A DNA stretch of 64,000 nt, taken from assembly GCA_965261595.1 (NCBI GenBank), contig CBDHDG010000002.1, positions 224,001 to 288,000 on the forward strand, in the 5' to 3' direction. This DNA is from a bacterium (GTDB lineage: Bacteria; UBA8248; JACPRG01; G963555815). The position numbers and the translations under genes were made by a program. Shown in pieces: positions 62,519 through 64,000 of this stretch (within the stretch, counting starts at the first letter, position 1; each line of letters begins with the position of its first letter). Under the pieces are notes generated by a model, which worked only from the letters and a program-made list of their open reading frames with translations, searched no databases and was not told where the DNA came from.

Positions 62519-63910
62519 TCACGATTGCGCGTCTTCCGGGAACCGCCGGAGGTATCGCCCCCGCCGCTTGGTCTTGCGAAGTTCCCCGCCCTCCTGAACG
62601 ATCTCTCCGCCCGCGATCGTGACGACCGGCCATCCCCGGCTGACGAAACCCTCGTATGGCGAGTAGTCGGCGTGGGAGTTCAGCATCTTCGCCGTAACGC
62701 GCACCTTCTTATTCAGGTCGAGGACCATGAGGTCCGCGTCCGCCCCGACCCGGAGGATCCCCTTGCGGGGAAAGAGGCCGTACGTCCGTGCGGTGTTGTA
62801 GGAAGTCACCCGGGCCAGGCCGGGGAGGGAGAGGCGGCCTTTGGCCACGCCCTCGGTCAACAGGATGGGCACGGTCGCCCCGACGCCGGGCAGGCCCGGC
62901 CGGCCGGTCCAGATATCCGAGCCCTTTACGTCCAGCTTGAAGCTGCAATGGTCCGATCCCAGGAAATCGACTTTCCCCGCCGAAATCGCTTCCCAGAGCC
63001 CCTCCACGTCCTCCCGCTCCCGCAGCGGCGGGTTGACCTTGCCCAGGGCGCCGGGAAGGCTGTTTTTCGTGAGGTGGAGATAGTGGCCGCACGTCTCCAG
63101 GGCGACGTCCCCCGTTCGTCGTCCCTCCCGGTGACGCTCGACGATGGGGACCCCCGAGGCGATGCTCAGGTGGGGGATGGTAATGGGGACGCCCAGGTGC
63201 TCGGAGAAGAGCAGGGCGCGCTGCACGCCGTCCTCCTCGGCGAGGCGGGGGCGGGAATCGCTCCAGGCGGCCCCGTCGGTCCGCCCCGCCGCTTCGAGCT
63301 CCTTCCGGACGTCCTCGATCACTTCCATGTTCTCCGGGTGGATGACCACCCTCGCCCCCGGAATTTTCGACGCCTCGCGCAGCCCCCGGTAGAGAAATCC
63401 GTCGCCCACCCCCTGGAGGGAGCCCGCGTCCTTCCCCTTGTAGGCCATGAAGAACTTGAAAGACGAGATGCCGAACTCCCGCGCGCAGACCGGGATCTCG
63501 GCCAAGTGCTCCTCGGACATGATGACGGCGTGGATGCCCATGTCGATCCGGCTCCCCGCCTCGATCTCCCGGATGCGCCGGGGAATAGCCTCCCGGTTGG
63601 ACCCCGGCTCGATGAGGAAGACAAGCAGCGTCGTCACGCCTCCCATGGCGGCGGCGGCGGATTCGGTGCGGCAGTCGGCGGCGAAGTCCTGGCCGTAGCG
63701 TCCCATGTGGACATGGGCGTCGATCATGCCGGGCAAAATGAATTTTCCCCGGCAGTCGATCCGCTTGCGCGCCCGGGGGCCTCGGGTTCCGTCCGCGAAG
63801 AGGGCGGCGATGCGCCCGTCCCGGATGGCCATGTCTTCCCGGTAAACGCCGTCCGGGCGGACCGTGCGGCCCCCTTCCAGGATCAGGTCTATGGAGGCCG
63901 CCGGACTCAT
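62519..63910 (-). CDS. Cyclic amidohydrolase (dihydroorotase/dihydropyrimidinase family), second paralogue
   Basis: IDAHVH, GGVTT, SFKFF, IHPEN, PHL, KVNPPLR, GSDH. Confidence 0.9.
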   Translation of the reverse strand: MSPAASIDLILEGGRTVRPDGVYREDMAIRDGRIAALFADGTRGPRARKRIDCRGKFILPGMIDAHVHMGRYGQDFAADCRTESAAAAMGGVTTLLVFLIEPGSNREAIPRRIREIEAGSRIDMGIHAVIMSEEHLAEIPVCAREFGISSFKFFMAYKGKDAGSLQGVGDGFLYRGLREASKIPGARVVIHPENMEVIEDVRKELEAAGRTDGAAWSDSRPRLAEEDGVQRALLFSEHLGVPITIPHLSIASGVPIVERHREGRRTGDVALETCGHYLHLTKNSLPGALGKVNPPLREREDVEGLWEAISAGKVDFLGSDHCSFKLDVKGSDIWTGRPGLPGVGATVPILLTEGVAKGRLSLPGLARVTSYNTARTYGLFPRKGILRVGADADLMVLDLNKKVRVTAKMLNSHADYSPYEGFVSRGWPVVTIAGGEIVQEGGELRKTKRRGRYLRRFPEDAQS

Positions 63911-64000
63911 ATCACGCCCTCCCGCCGGAAGGCTTCGACCTCTTTGCCGGAATATTCGAGAAGCGTCGTCAGCACCTCTTCGGTGTGCGCGCCGAGCTCC
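63907..64000 (-). CDS. Family III (CaiB/BaiF) CoA-transferase, C-terminal end (partial)
   Basis: ELGAHTEEVLTTLLEYSGKEVEAFRREGVI*, stop overlapping next ATG. Confidence 0.7.
   Translation of the reverse strand, partial: ELGAHTEEVLTTLLEYSGKEVEAFRREGVI

Overview
GC-rich bacterial chromosomal window dominated by accessory catabolic genes, mostly on the minus strand. It contains a xanthine-dehydrogenase-family Mo-hydroxylase (M-L-S) with a cyclic amidohydrolase; an intact 11-kb cluster (acyl-CoA ligase, acyl-CoA dehydrogenase, Ltp2-like aldolase + DUF35, amidohydrolase, two near-duplicate UbiD decarboxylases, NMT1-type binding protein); leuA, mnmA, an AT-richer Fic gene and a queC-like gene; a divergent pyrK-pyrD pair with a PLP enzyme; a decayed giant MASE3-GAF-PAS hybrid kinase with receiver and Hpt genes; several enzyme homologues missing canonical catalytic residues (PGI-like, IorA-like); a mobile-element debris zone at 49.6-57.4 kb (IS630, two IS3, IS1380 remnants, hflK with a foreign HTH tail); and a CoA-transferase/amidohydrolase/hydratase/HMG-CoA-lyase/DMT/LLM operon. 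A complete sigma-54 promoter architecture, an IS1380-type MITE, several REP-like palindrome families and a DnaA-box-like cluster are readable in intergenic DNA. Lesions cluster in a few genes, suggesting real pseudogenisation. No rRNA, tRNA or CRISPR array was seen. All family calls come from motif recognition by eye, not database searches.
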